Of a stretch of 64,000 bases of DNA, positions 42,310 through 53,212 are shown in pieces (position 1 is the stretch's first letter; each line of letters starts with the position of its first letter). The DNA is from an uncultured Gemmatimonadales bacterium (GTDB lineage Bacteria; Gemmatimonadota; Gemmatimonadetes; Gemmatimonadales; GWC2-71-9): assembly GCA_963739455.1 (NCBI GenBank), contig CAVUAK010000001.1, forward strand, positions 544,001-608,000, given 5' to 3'. The notes under the pieces were generated by a model, which made no database searches, was not told where the DNA came from, and was given only the letters and a program-made list of their open reading frames with translations. Both the position numbers and the translations under genes were made by a program.

Positions 42310-42385
42310 ACAGGGAACCGGGAACAGGAAGAAAGCGACCCGCCCTACTGTTCCCTGTTCCCTGTTCCCTGTTCCCGTTGTTCCT
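42310..42385. repeat. Inverted heptamer-repeat element (GGGAACA)n...(CTGTTCC)n, copy 1
   Basis: CAGGGAACCGGGAACAGGAAG-spacer-CCGCCC-(CTGTTCC)x4; similar copy at 55862-55927. Confidence 0.85.
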
Positions 42386-42500
42386 CGGCTCGCACCCGCA
42401 GCATCAGCATCATCGAGTACCCAACCAGCACGACCGCCACGATGGTATATGCGGCGATCATGAACGCGCTGTTGTCCGGTGGTTCACGCAGCAGCAACAT
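42345..42500 (-). CDS. ccmD: Probable heme exporter protein CcmD
   Basis: About 51 aa with one TM helix containing AY (FMIAAYTIVAVVLVGYSMML) and charged tail, directly after ccmC. Confidence 0.6.
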   Translation of the reverse strand: MLLLREPPDNSAFMIAAYTIVAVVLVGYSMMLMLRVRAEEQREQGTGNREQ

Positions 42501-43242
42501 CGCGCGCCTCCCGGAGTTCCCGCATGCGTCCCAGTCCATAGCGAGTCGTCACCAGGCCCAGGTACAGGATCGTGAACGCTGACAGCGAGAAGAGCAGCGT
42601 GGCGACGAAGGCGCCCGGCATCGTCGGCCCCTCGGGGTTGAGCACCACCGGGCGTGGGTGGATGGTGCGGAACATGTAGACGCTGAGGTGAATGAACGGC
42701 ACCAGCATCGCACCCAGGATGCCCACCACGGCGCTGTACCGGGCTCGCTCCGCGGGATCGAACATCGCGCGCCGCAAGGTCAGGTAGCCTACGAAGAGAA
42801 AGAACAGGAAGAGCGTCGACGTGAGGCGCGGTTCCCACTGCCACCAGGTGCCCCAGATCGGCTTGCCCCAGATCGGGCCGGTGATCAGCACCAGTCCCGT
42901 GAGCACAATGCCCACCTCGGCCGAGGCCTCGGAAAAGGTGTCGAGCCTGCGATCGCCCAGCCAGAGATAAAGTCCGCTGCAGATGCCCACGAGACCGAAT
43001 GCCAGGAACGCGCACCAGGCCGAGGGGACATGCACGTACATGATCTTCTGCGCCGGGCCCTGCACTGCCTCGACCCCGGTGAAGGCGACCGCGCGCACGT
43101 ACGCGGCGGCAACACCGAGCAGGCCGATGACCGTGAGCACGCGACCGATGCGCACGGCACGGCCGGCCGCAGCGCGCGCGTCGCTACTCGTCGAAGAGAG
43201 CGGGGAAGACAAGTAGGCTGAGGGTGACGAAGGTGATGTCAT
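42484..43242 (-). CDS. ccmC: Cytochrome c biogenesis heme chaperone partner CcmC (true start probably near 43190-43155)
   Basis: IMYVHVPSAW, WGKPIWGTWWQWEPRLT (WWD motif), IHLSV...HP. Confidence 0.9.
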   Translation of the reverse strand: MTSPSSPSAYLSSPLSSTSSDARAAAGRAVRIGRVLTVIGLLGVAAAYVRAVAFTGVEAVQGPAQKIMYVHVPSAWCAFLAFGLVGICSGLYLWLGDRRLDTFSEASAEVGIVLTGLVLITGPIWGKPIWGTWWQWEPRLTSTLFLFFLFVGYLTLRRAMFDPAERARYSAVVGILGAMLVPFIHLSVYMFRTIHPRPVVLNPEGPTMPGAFVATLLFSLSAFTILYLGLVTTRYGLGRMRELREARDVAAA

Positions 43243-43876
43243 AGACCAGGAGAAGACGGAGCCAGCCGGCGCTCTCGAGAAGTGGACGCCCGTTGAGCAG
43301 CGCCGCAGTGACCTGTGCTGCCCCGGCGAGCGGCGGCAGCATGAATGGGAGCAGCAGCACTGGCAGCATCAGTTCGTTGAACCGCACCCGCGCCGTAAGT
43401 GCACTGAACACGGTGCCCACGGCCACGAACCCCACCGTCGCCAGCAGCGCCACCAGCGTGATACCCGGCAACGCTCCCTTCAGGCTCACATTGAAGAATA
43501 GCACGAAAAGCGGCAGGGCGATGCTCTCGACGACAAGCACGAAAACAAGGTTCCCGAGGAACTTTCCCAGGAACAATGCCTCGCGCGGCACCGGCGCGAG
43601 CAGCAGGCCGTCGAGCGCCCCGTGCTCCAGCTCCACGGCGAAGGCGCGCGACAGCGCCGTCACCGCGGCGAAGGCGCAGGTGATCCAGAAGGCGCTCGGC
43701 GCGAGCTGCTCCGCGCGAAGGGACGTCGGGTCGCGCGCGAAGTTGAAGATCACCAGGATGAGGGCTGCGAACACGACCGCCGACACCAGCGCCGTGCGGC
43801 GGCGCAGCTCCGAGCGCAGGTCCTTCCCCGCGATGATGAGCGCGGCCGTGAGCGTGCCGGGGAGCGACGACTTCAT
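43184..43876 (-). CDS. ccmB: Heme exporter permease CcmB
   Basis: KDLRSELRR, FAVELEHGALDGLLL, LGKFLGN, LPVLLLP. Confidence 0.9.
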   Translation of the reverse strand: MKSSLPGTLTAALIIAGKDLRSELRRRTALVSAVVFAALILVIFNFARDPTSLRAEQLAPSAFWITCAFAAVTALSRAFAVELEHGALDGLLLAPVPREALFLGKFLGNLVFVLVVESIALPLFVLFFNVSLKGALPGITLVALLATVGFVAVGTVFSALTARVRFNELMLPVLLLPFMLPPLAGAAQVTAALLNGRPLLESAGWLRLLLVYDITFVTLSLLVFPALFDE

Positions 43877-44568
43877 GCGGCCACGCTCCCGATGGTGCCG
43901 GCCTGGAGCGCGAGCACCCGCGACGCGATGTCGCGAGCCTCATGCATCTGGTGGGTGACGATGATGGTGCCAAGGCCGGCAGGGCGGCGCGCCGCGAGGA
44001 GCGACATGAGCCGGCCCGCCGCAGCGCTGTCGAGGCCGGTGAATGGCTCGTCCAGCAGGAGCAGTCTGGGCGCGTGCAGCAGTGCGCGCGCCAGCGCCGC
44101 TCGCTGGATCAGCCCGCGGCTGAGCGTGCGTGGTGAGTCACCCGCGCGGGCGAGCAGCTCCACCTGGTCGAGCGCGTCGCGCGCCGCCTCGCGCGCATTC
44201 ACCAGGCCATGCAGCCGCGCCACGAACTCGAGGTTCTCCTGCAATGTGAGGTCATCGTACAGCATGGCGCGATGCGACAGGAGCCCGATAGCCGCGCGGC
44301 TTCGGGGATCGGCGGTCCGCACCGGCAGGCCATCGAGCAGCACCTCTCCCGCCGATGGCCGCAGAAGTCCCGCAAGAATCCGCAGCAGTGTCGTCTTCCC
44401 GACACCGTTCGGCCCGATCACGGCGATCGTCTCGCCTTCCGCAAGCGCGAGGCTCACGCCATTGAGCACCAGGCGCTCGCCAAAGCTGCGCCGCAGCCCG
44501 GTGGCCTGCAGCAGGATCGGCGAATCGCCTGGGATGGTTGCTTGACTCACGGCCGGGAGACTAACCAC
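43873..44568 (-). CDS. ccmA: Heme exporter ATP-binding protein CcmA
   Basis: GPNGVGKTTLL, LSRG signature, LLLDEPFTGLD; adjacent to ccmBC. Confidence 0.9.
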   Translation of the reverse strand: MVSLPAVSQATIPGDSPILLQATGLRRSFGERLVLNGVSLALAEGETIAVIGPNGVGKTTLLRILAGLLRPSAGEVLLDGLPVRTADPRSRAAIGLLSHRAMLYDDLTLQENLEFVARLHGLVNAREAARDALDQVELLARAGDSPRTLSRGLIQRAALARALLHAPRLLLLDEPFTGLDSAAAGRLMSLLAARRPAGLGTIIVTHQMHEARDIASRVLALQAGTIGSVAA

Positions 44569-44588
44569 TCACCTTCAACCCGTCTACT

Positions 44589-44650
44589 TCACGTCCTCAC
44601 GTCCTCACTTCCTCACGTCCTCACGTCATCTCCTCACGTCCTCACGTCCT
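44589..44650. repeat. Tandem octamer repeat (TCACGTCC), about 7 copies
   Basis: TCACGTCC TCACGTCC TCACTTCC TCACGTCC TCACGTCA tctcc TCACGTCC TCACGTCC. Confidence 0.9.
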
Positions 44651-44739
44651 GAAAAGACAACAGGCCGGAGCGGGGCGTTGCCAGACCTCGATCCGACCTG
44701 CTGTCAAAGACGGCGCAGCTTGCGCTGCGACGCCGTTTT

Positions 44740-45054
44740 TCAGACCCCTGCGGGTTCGAACTCGAAGAGCATGTTGAGCTTCGTGATGTTGAGCAGGAAG
44801 CGGAGCTCGTCACTTGGATTCTCCAGCACGACGGCATGCCGTCGTTCCGCAGCCCGGCGCTGCACCAGCATGAGGGCCCCAAGGCCCGCCGAGTCTACGT
44901 GTCCAGTGGCAGCGAGATCGACGATGAGCCGGCCTTCACCTTCAGGCATCGACTCGAGGAGCTCGAAAGCCCCAGTGCGGAATGCGACTCGTGTGTCGAG
45001 ACCCAGGGTCTCGGGCGCAGCCAGTTCTCGTACATACTGAGGTGTGGATCGCAT
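44740..45054 (-). CDS. STAS-domain anti-sigma factor antagonist
   Basis: LIVDLAATGHVDSAGLGAL...LRFLLNITKL..LF. Confidence 0.85.
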   Translation of the reverse strand: MRSTPQYVRELAAPETLGLDTRVAFRTGAFELLESMPEGEGRLIVDLAATGHVDSAGLGALMLVQRRAAERRHAVVLENPSDELRFLLNITKLNMLFEFEPAGV

Positions 45055-45434
45055 GATTCTGCTCCCACACCCGATAAGGAAACCCGCGGTTGCCCGCAGC
45101 ATTTCTCCACCTTCGGCACCGAGCTATCTCGCGAACCGCGGATGTGCGGTTACTGTCGAGACCTCTAGTTTTGCGGCCCCGGATCACTCCGGGTGTGCTC
45201 TTATCGGGCGGATCAGGTTCTGTTGTCAGGACGTCGCCGCGTCCCGGCCCATGACATAGCGAGACTGATGCCACGTTCGGCAGGTGCCTATATTCACACG
45301 ACTTGGCTCATTGGCACGGTGACGGCGCACCGAGTTTCGCGGATTTCCCCGGCAGTCCGCCAAGCAACGACCTGCACCCACCGCATGCGGAAACTTGCAC
45401 GTTCGCGTTTCTACCCTCTCCAGAGACGCCATTC

Positions 45435-47390
<1,956 letters not shown>

Positions 47391-47391
47391 T

Positions 47392-49359
47392 TCAGAACTG
47401 GATCTGGGCGCCGAGTTCCACCACCCGGTTGGGCGGCAGCTGGAAGAACGCGGTGGCCGGCTGGGCGTTCCTCGCCATGAGGGCAAAGAGTTTCTTCCGC
47501 CAGCGCGGCATGCCAGGCAGTCCGCCAATCCCCTCGCCCGAGGAAGATGCCCCCCGCGGGGCCGGGGCACCGGGCTTCGCCTTCGACTTGGGCATGACAA
47601 TGAGCGTTTCACGGCCGAGATAAAAACTGGTGTCAGCGGTGCGGAAGGTGGCGGTGTCCTTCCCTTCACTGCGCAATTCATCCGACAACTGCAGCAATGC
47701 CAGCGGCACGTCCGGCGTCTCCATGAAGCCGTAATGTGCCTTGACCAGGTAGAAGCCCTCCCCCAGCGATTCGCTCTCGATCCGCTCCGTCGCGGGCACC
47801 AGTGGTATGTCCGTGGTGGCCACCGACATGATCACCACGCGCTCATGCAGCACCTTGTTGTGCTTGAGGTGATGCAGCAGGACGGGCGGCGCACCCGACG
47901 CCTCGGAGGTGAGGAAGACCGCCGTGCCCGGAACGCGGGGCGGCTTCCGCCGCGCGATGTCGGGCAGGAAGAGGTCGAACGGGAGCGTGTTCTCGCGGAC
48001 AATTGCCCAGAGACGGCGCCGGCCCACACTCCACGTTGTCATGAACAGGTAGATGACCGCCGCGACGACCAGCGGGATCCATCCCCCGCTCTCGATCTTC
48101 ACCAGGTTCGCCCCGAAGAACCCGAGGTCCACCACCAGGAACAAGGCAGCCAGGCCCCCCGATACCGCCCACGGCCAGTGCCATCGCTCGCGTGTCACGG
48201 TGTGGAAGAGGAGCGTGGTGATGATCATGGTGCCGGTCACGGCAATGCCGTAGGCCGACGCGAGGGCGGTGGAACTCTTCATCCCCAGCACCAGCGCGAT
48301 GCACCCGACACAGAGCAGCGCGTTCACCTGGGGGATGTAGATCTGCCCCGATTCCTTGGCCGAGGTGTGCTGGATCGTCACCCGCGGCGAATAGCCCAGC
48401 TGCACCGCCTGCTGGGTGAGGGAGAACGCCCCCGAGATCAACGCCTGCGAGGCAACGACAGCCGCAGCCGTCGCGATGGCGACCATGGGATACAGGGCCC
48501 AGGACGGCACCAGCGCATAGAAGGGATTGCGCAGCGCCTCCGGGTGATGCAGCAGCCACGCCGACTGCCCGAAATAGTTGAGCAACAGTGCCGGCAGTGC
48601 CACGGCGAACCATGCCAGGCGGATCGGCTGGCGCCCGAAATGCCCCATGTCGGCGTACAGCGCCTCACCGCCCGTCACCACCAGCACGACGGAGCCGAGG
48701 ATGAGGAAGCCGGTGAGCCCGTCATCGAGGAAGAAGCGAACGGCGTGAACGGGATTGACCGCGCCGAGCACCGAGGGATCGGCCGAGAGACCGCGAATGC
48801 CGAGCAACGCAATGCAGACGAACCAGAGGACCATCACGGGGCCGAATACCGCGCCCACGCGCGCGGTGCCCGTGCGCTGTACGAGGAAAAGCACCAGCAG
48901 GATCGCCGCTGACAAGTACGGTACGATGGTAGTGCCGACGGGCAGGCCCTCCACCGCGCCGAGCACGGAAATGGCGGGCGTGATGATGCCGTCGCCGTAC
49001 AGCAGCGCCGCGCCGAACAGCCCGGCGCCGACGAGTACGGTGCGCCTGCGCGAGCTGATCTTGCCATGAGGGCGCACCAGCGCGAGCAGCGCCAGGATGC
49101 CGCCCTCGCCGCGATTGTCAGCCCGGAGTACGAACGTGATGTACTTGAAGGAGACCACGAAGTTCATCGCCCAGAACACCAGCGACATGACGCCCATGAC
49201 GTTTTCGCGCGTGGGCGCCAGCCCGTGCTCCGGGTTGAAACACTCCTTCAGGGCGTACAGGGGGCTGGTCCCGATGTCGCCGTAGACAACGCCGAGCGCC
49301 GCGAGGGCCAGGAACGCCAGGTCGCGATGGGTGCGACCGGCGTGAGCGTCGTGTGTCAC
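47392..49359 (-). CDS. kup: KUP/HAK/KT potassium transporter
   Basis: GVVYGDIGTSPLYA, ADNRGEGG, YGDGIITPAISV, EALYADMGHFG, YGFMETPDVP. Confidence 0.95.
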   Translation of the reverse strand: MTHDAHAGRTHRDLAFLALAALGVVYGDIGTSPLYALKECFNPEHGLAPTRENVMGVMSLVFWAMNFVVSFKYITFVLRADNRGEGGILALLALVRPHGKISSRRRTVLVGAGLFGAALLYGDGIITPAISVLGAVEGLPVGTTIVPYLSAAILLVLFLVQRTGTARVGAVFGPVMVLWFVCIALLGIRGLSADPSVLGAVNPVHAVRFFLDDGLTGFLILGSVVLVVTGGEALYADMGHFGRQPIRLAWFAVALPALLLNYFGQSAWLLHHPEALRNPFYALVPSWALYPMVAIATAAAVVASQALISGAFSLTQQAVQLGYSPRVTIQHTSAKESGQIYIPQVNALLCVGCIALVLGMKSSTALASAYGIAVTGTMIITTLLFHTVTRERWHWPWAVSGGLAALFLVVDLGFFGANLVKIESGGWIPLVVAAVIYLFMTTWSVGRRRLWAIVRENTLPFDLFLPDIARRKPPRVPGTAVFLTSEASGAPPVLLHHLKHNKVLHERVVIMSVATTDIPLVPATERIESESLGEGFYLVKAHYGFMETPDVPLALLQLSDELRSEGKDTATFRTADTSFYLGRETLIVMPKSKAKPGAPAPRGASSSGEGIGGLPGMPRWRKKLFALMARNAQPATAFFQLPPNRVVELGAQIQF

Positions 49360-49384
49360 GAAAGGATGCTGACCCGGCCTCGGC

Positions 49385-50080
49385 TCACTGAGTGGGCGCG
49401 GGCGCGACCGGGGCGATCGAATCCACGATGTGCTTGAGCGCGTCGTACGGGAGGTTGCCGCTGACCCGGCGACCACCAATCACGAAGGTCGGCGTCGAGG
49501 GCACGCCCAGCTTCGTCCCCTCGTCCAGGCTGGCCTGGATGCGTCCCGCGTACTTCGCGCTCTGCATGCACGCATCGTACTGCGCCATGTCGATCCCGAG
49601 TGGCTTGGCCAGGTTCCGCAGCTGGCTCACCGCATCCGACTTGAAGGCCCAGTCATTCTGCGCCTCGTAGATGAAGCGATGCATCTCCCAGTACTTGCCC
49701 TGGTCGTTCGCGCATGCCGCCGCGTGCGCGGCGAGGCGCGCCTGGGGATGGAGGTTGTCGAGCGGGAAGTCCCGGTAGCGCCACCGTACCCGCCCGGTGG
49801 CGATGAGCCGCTCACGGACCGACGGGAACTGTACCGCGTCGAATCCCCCGCAGGCAGGACACTGGTAGTCCGCGTACACCACGACCTCGACCGGCGCGTC
49901 GGCACTCCCGAGGATGTACCCGGCGAACCCCGAAGTATCGCTTGCGACCACGACCGGATTGACCGGGATGCTTACGGCCTTGCGCTGCGACATGTACACC
50001 ATCGCACCAACGCCGATCGCCGCCACCACGGCGAGCACGACATAAAACCGCTTCAATCCGCTGGGCGCGGGCGCCGCCAT
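49385..50080 (-). CDS. DsbA-family thioredoxin-fold protein
   Basis: N-terminal TM; YADYQCPAC; RDFPL; GVPSTPTF cis-Pro loop. Confidence 0.9.
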   Translation of the reverse strand: MAAPAPSGLKRFYVVLAVVAAIGVGAMVYMSQRKAVSIPVNPVVVASDTSGFAGYILGSADAPVEVVVYADYQCPACGGFDAVQFPSVRERLIATGRVRWRYRDFPLDNLHPQARLAAHAAACANDQGKYWEMHRFIYEAQNDWAFKSDAVSQLRNLAKPLGIDMAQYDACMQSAKYAGRIQASLDEGTKLGVPSTPTFVIGGRRVSGNLPYDALKHIVDSIAPVAPAPTQ

Positions 50081-50358
50081 GGCTCTTCATCCTCCGGGTC
50101 TTCAAGGGTAAAGGGACTGCTCAACGCATCCTCAACGAGCCGCCGGTGCTCGGCGATCTCGGGGGTATCATAGGTGCTGCGCACCTCGTAGTGAAACAGC
50201 TCGCTTCGCGCCTCGCCCAGGAGCCGCTGCAACTCGGCGCTGGACTCCAGCAAGGTGTCGCGGCGGTTCAGTTCATGGATGAGGTCCGCGAGACGGCGCA
50301 AGAGCGCCTTCAGTCGCTCGGCGCGCGCGTCGTCGTAGAGCTCTTCATGTTCAGCCAT
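50053..50358 (-). CDS. Hypothetical helical protein
   Basis: 101-aa coiled-coil-like ORF with GAGG RBS, overlapping the DsbA start. Confidence 0.6.
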   Translation of the reverse strand: MAEHEELYDDARAERLKALLRRLADLIHELNRRDTLLESSAELQRLLGEARSELFHYEVRSTYDTPEIAEHRRLVEDALSSPFTLEDPEDEEPWRRPRPAD

Positions 50359-50572
50359 GGACTGCCCTCATCCGGCGCGTGACGCGTCCTCTCAGGTGTA
50401 CGATGGGGAAATCTATATCGCCAGCGCGCAGGGCGGGAAAAAGCGCCCTAAGTCACACAACCGCAGCAGTCTGTGACCCTCCGACCGCCGTTGAGCACGG
50501 GGTTTGCACCAAATGGTGCTATCCGGTTATAGTTACCGGCGCAAAGTACATGGCCCAGACATAGGGGAAGGG

Positions 50573-50842
50573 ATGTCCAAGCAGAAGAAGACCCGTAGTA
50601 CTCCGGCAGTGGCTTCCACGCAGGACCAGGCCCGTGACGAGTTGTTCAGTCACATCCTGCGCTGCGGCGTCATCGAGGCGCTCCCGGAACACCAGAAAGA
50701 GTGGATGGACGACACCATGCAGTACCTGGCGGAACGGTACGACGATCTTTCCGACGCGGAGCTGGCCCAGCTTCGTGAACTCGGCGAGCGGTACTGCCAG
50801 CCGGTACGACGCAAGGAGACGGCGGGTTCAGGCGCCGCCTGA
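50573..50842 (+). CDS. Small hypothetical protein
   Basis: MSKQKK... preceded by GGGGAAGGG RBS and followed by a terminator. Confidence 0.65.
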   Translation: MSKQKKTRSTPAVASTQDQARDELFSHILRCGVIEALPEHQKEWMDDTMQYLAERYDDLSDAELAQLRELGERYCQPVRRKETAGSGAA

Positions 50843-50869
50843 CACCCGGTTGTTCCTGAAGGGCGATGC

Positions 50870-50905
50870 GCGCCCCGGCGGAATCCGCCGGGGCGCTCAT
50901 GTTTT
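50870..50905. terminator. Bidirectional terminator between convergent genes
   Basis: GCGCCCCGGCGGA-a-TCCGCCGGGGCGC inverted repeat followed by TCATGTTTT. Confidence 0.7.
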
Positions 50906-50908
50906 CCG

Positions 50909-51313
50909 TCAACCGAGGTCGAGTTCGTAGCTGACGGGAATGTCCGGCGCGAGCGAGTGGACCACCGAGCAGTACTTCTCCAGCGACAGGTCGATGGCGC
51001 GCCGCACCTTGGGCTCGCTCAGAGACTCGCCCCGCACACGGAACTTGAGCCGGATCGCAACGTAGCGGCGCGGCGACTCGTCGCGCCGATCGCCCCAGGC
51101 CTCGACGTCGAGGCTGGTGAGCTTCTCCCGCATCTTCGACATGATGTCCACGACATCAGCGCCGGTGCACGACGTCGCAGCAAGCAGCAAGGTCAGCATC
51201 GGCCCCGGCGCCGTGACGTTGTCGCCGTCCACATGCGAGACCGGCCCGCCCGGTTCACCGCCCTCGAACCGAAGATCGCCGGTCCACGCCAGCGTGATGT
51301 GCTTGGTTTCCAT
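50909..51313 (-). CDS. OsmC/YhfA-family protein
   Basis: PGPMLTLLLA...CTGADVV..M.KMR, AIDLSLEKYCSV. Confidence 0.9.
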   Translation of the reverse strand: METKHITLAWTGDLRFEGGEPGGPVSHVDGDNVTAPGPMLTLLLAATSCTGADVVDIMSKMREKLTSLDVEAWGDRRDESPRRYVAIRLKFRVRGESLSEPKVRRAIDLSLEKYCSVVHSLAPDIPVSYELDLG

Positions 51314-51336
51314 CAGGACCTCCCCGTCATGTACAC

Positions 51337-51894
51337 CTACCCCAAACGACGTTGCAGCCGACGTGCATTGTAATAGTCCCAGATGGCGTAGAGGCCGACC
51401 GCCGTGGTGGCCCATGCCATCGGCCGCAGGTATGCCGGCGCCACCAGGAAGGCGAGCAACGTCAGCAGCTGGCCCAGCGTCACCGCCTTGCCTCCCAGCC
51501 GGGCGGGAATCGAGGACGCGCGACCCAGCCCCGCGGTAATGAAGAATGCGACGGACGCCGCGATGTCCCGCAGCAGTACCCCCACCACCTCCCACCACTG
51601 CAGCATCCCGGAGACTCCCACTACGGCGAAGGCGCACGCCATGAACAGCCGGTCCGCCACGGGATCGACGAACGCGCCGAGACGCGAGGGCCCGAGGCGA
51701 CGCGCCAGCATACCATCGAGGAAATCGGTGATGCCGGCGAGCAACAGGACGGCGAGGCGGGCCCGCGGCGAGGAGAACAGCACGAACGCCAGCGCGAGTG
51801 GGATCCGCAGCGCCGAGCAGAAGTCGGCTATGCCCCAGTGCGGCCGTGCTTGCTCGCCCTCAGGGGCCGGACTAGCTTCGGTCACCTTCGCCAC
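51337..51894 (-). CDS. CDP-alcohol phosphatidyltransferase (PgsA-like)
   Basis: DFLDGMLARRLGPSRLGAFVDPVAD matches DGxxARx7GxxxDxxxD; GKAVT..Q. Confidence 0.85.
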   Translation of the reverse strand: MAKVTEASPAPEGEQARPHWGIADFCSALRIPLALAFVLFSSPRARLAVLLLAGITDFLDGMLARRLGPSRLGAFVDPVADRLFMACAFAVVGVSGMLQWWEVVGVLLRDIAASVAFFITAGLGRASSIPARLGGKAVTLGQLLTLLAFLVAPAYLRPMAWATTAVGLYAIWDYYNARRLQRRLG

Positions 51895-51914
51895 CCAAGG
51901 CCTCCCGGCGTGCC

Positions 51915-52373
51915 ATGAACCATTCGCTGCTGCGGAACACCGCCCTCTTTGCCGACCTCGACGACGCGCAACTGGGGCGGGTGGCCGACATCTGCCTCGA
52001 GCAAACATACCGCTCCGGCGAGACGATTTTCCGCGAGGGCGAGCCCGGTAATCGCCTCTACATCATCGTGTCGGGCAGTGTGCGCATCAGCCGCGACATC
52101 CCGAACGCCGGCGAAGAGGCGCTGGCGGTGCTCAAGTCCGGTACCTGCTTCGGCGAGATGAGCGTGCTCGACCGCTCGGAGCGCTCGACCGATGCCTTCG
52201 CGGCCGACGATTGCGTGCTTGCAACCATCACGCGCCCCGACCTGGAACTGCTGCTCGAGTTCGACAAGGAACTCGCCTACGTCGTGCTGCGCTCATTTGT
52301 GCGCATGCTGTCGGCAAGGCTGCGCGCCACCAACGACAGCCTTCGCACCTTTCTCGCCATGTCAATGTTCTGA
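51915..52373 (+). CDS. Stand-alone cyclic-nucleotide-binding domain protein
   Basis: GETIFREGEPG..LYIIVSGSVRI, FGEMSVLD...RS; no HTH. Confidence 0.85.
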   Translation: MNHSLLRNTALFADLDDAQLGRVADICLEQTYRSGETIFREGEPGNRLYIIVSGSVRISRDIPNAGEEALAVLKSGTCFGEMSVLDRSERSTDAFAADDCVLATITRPDLELLLEFDKELAYVVLRSFVRMLSARLRATNDSLRTFLAMSMF

Positions 52374-53152
52374 TGACACTCGATACCGCGGTCATTCCGT
52401 GTGGCGGTCTCGGCCGCCGGCTCCGACCGATCACGAACTGGGTGCCGAAGGAGATGCTCCCGGTCGGACTCAAGCCCGCTCTCTATTGGGCGCTCGACGA
52501 GGCCGCCTCCGCCGGCCTGCTGCGCGTCATTCTCGTGGTGACCCCGCACAAGCCGGTCATCGAGGCCGCGGCGCGGCAATATCAGGGGCCACTCGAACTC
52601 GAGTTCGTGCCGCAGACCGCCTTTCGCGGCCTGGGAGACGCGATCCTGTCCGCCCGCGATGCGCTCGCGGGGTCGCCGTTCCTGCTGCTGCAGCCGGACC
52701 AGCTGTTCGACGGGCCGAATCCCACCACGGCGGTGCTGGCGGCGCACCGCGTATCGCGCCGCACAACCGTGGCCCTCGTGGAAATCGGCAAGCCGGAATC
52801 GGCGCGCACCGGTGCCCTGGGTCGCGCGATGACCCGCGCCGGCGACGGCGGGCGGATTCAGGTCGCATCGCTCGATGCCCGGGGTTCGAGTCTCGGCCGG
52901 TTCAGCGTGGAAGGAGAGCCCGTGCTCGCGCCGACCGGGCGCGTTGCATACACCAGCGATGTCTTCAGCGACTTCGACGCTGTCGCGGCGTCGGTGCCAC
53001 CGGGCGCCGAGATCGACGATCGGCCCGTGCTGCAGCGCATCGCCGCGCGGGGAGTGCTCGAAGGAGTGACGGTGCCGGCCAAGCTGTTCGACCTGGGCGT
53101 GCCGGAAGGATATCGTGACGCGGTGAGCCGGTGGCCGGCCCGGGTTACCTAG
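52373..53152 (+). CDS. Sugar-phosphate nucleotidyltransferase (GalU/RmlA-like)
   Basis: AVIPCGGLGRRLRPIT..VPKEMLPVG, Q...RGLGDAIL, FDLGVPEGY; TGATG coupling to the upstream gene. Confidence 0.8.
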   Translation: MTLDTAVIPCGGLGRRLRPITNWVPKEMLPVGLKPALYWALDEAASAGLLRVILVVTPHKPVIEAAARQYQGPLELEFVPQTAFRGLGDAILSARDALAGSPFLLLQPDQLFDGPNPTTAVLAAHRVSRRTTVALVEIGKPESARTGALGRAMTRAGDGGRIQVASLDARGSSLGRFSVEGEPVLAPTGRVAYTSDVFSDFDAVAASVPPGAEIDDRPVLQRIAARGVLEGVTVPAKLFDLGVPEGYRDAVSRWPARVT

Positions 53153-53212
53153 AAAGGGCCGGTGACGCGGTTGTGGACCGCGGACTCGAGGTGATTGCGC
53201 GACGGCTGGGTG

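Noticed and set aside
43184..43192. Possible ACG start for ccmC overlapping the ccmB stop
   Set aside because: In-frame ATG (43242) and GTG (about 43155) alternatives exist and a base error cannot be excluded; not supportable from sequence alone.
42310..44650. Short repeats as a CRISPR array
   Set aside because: Units are 7-8 bp tandem repeats without unique spacers, and no cas genes are present.
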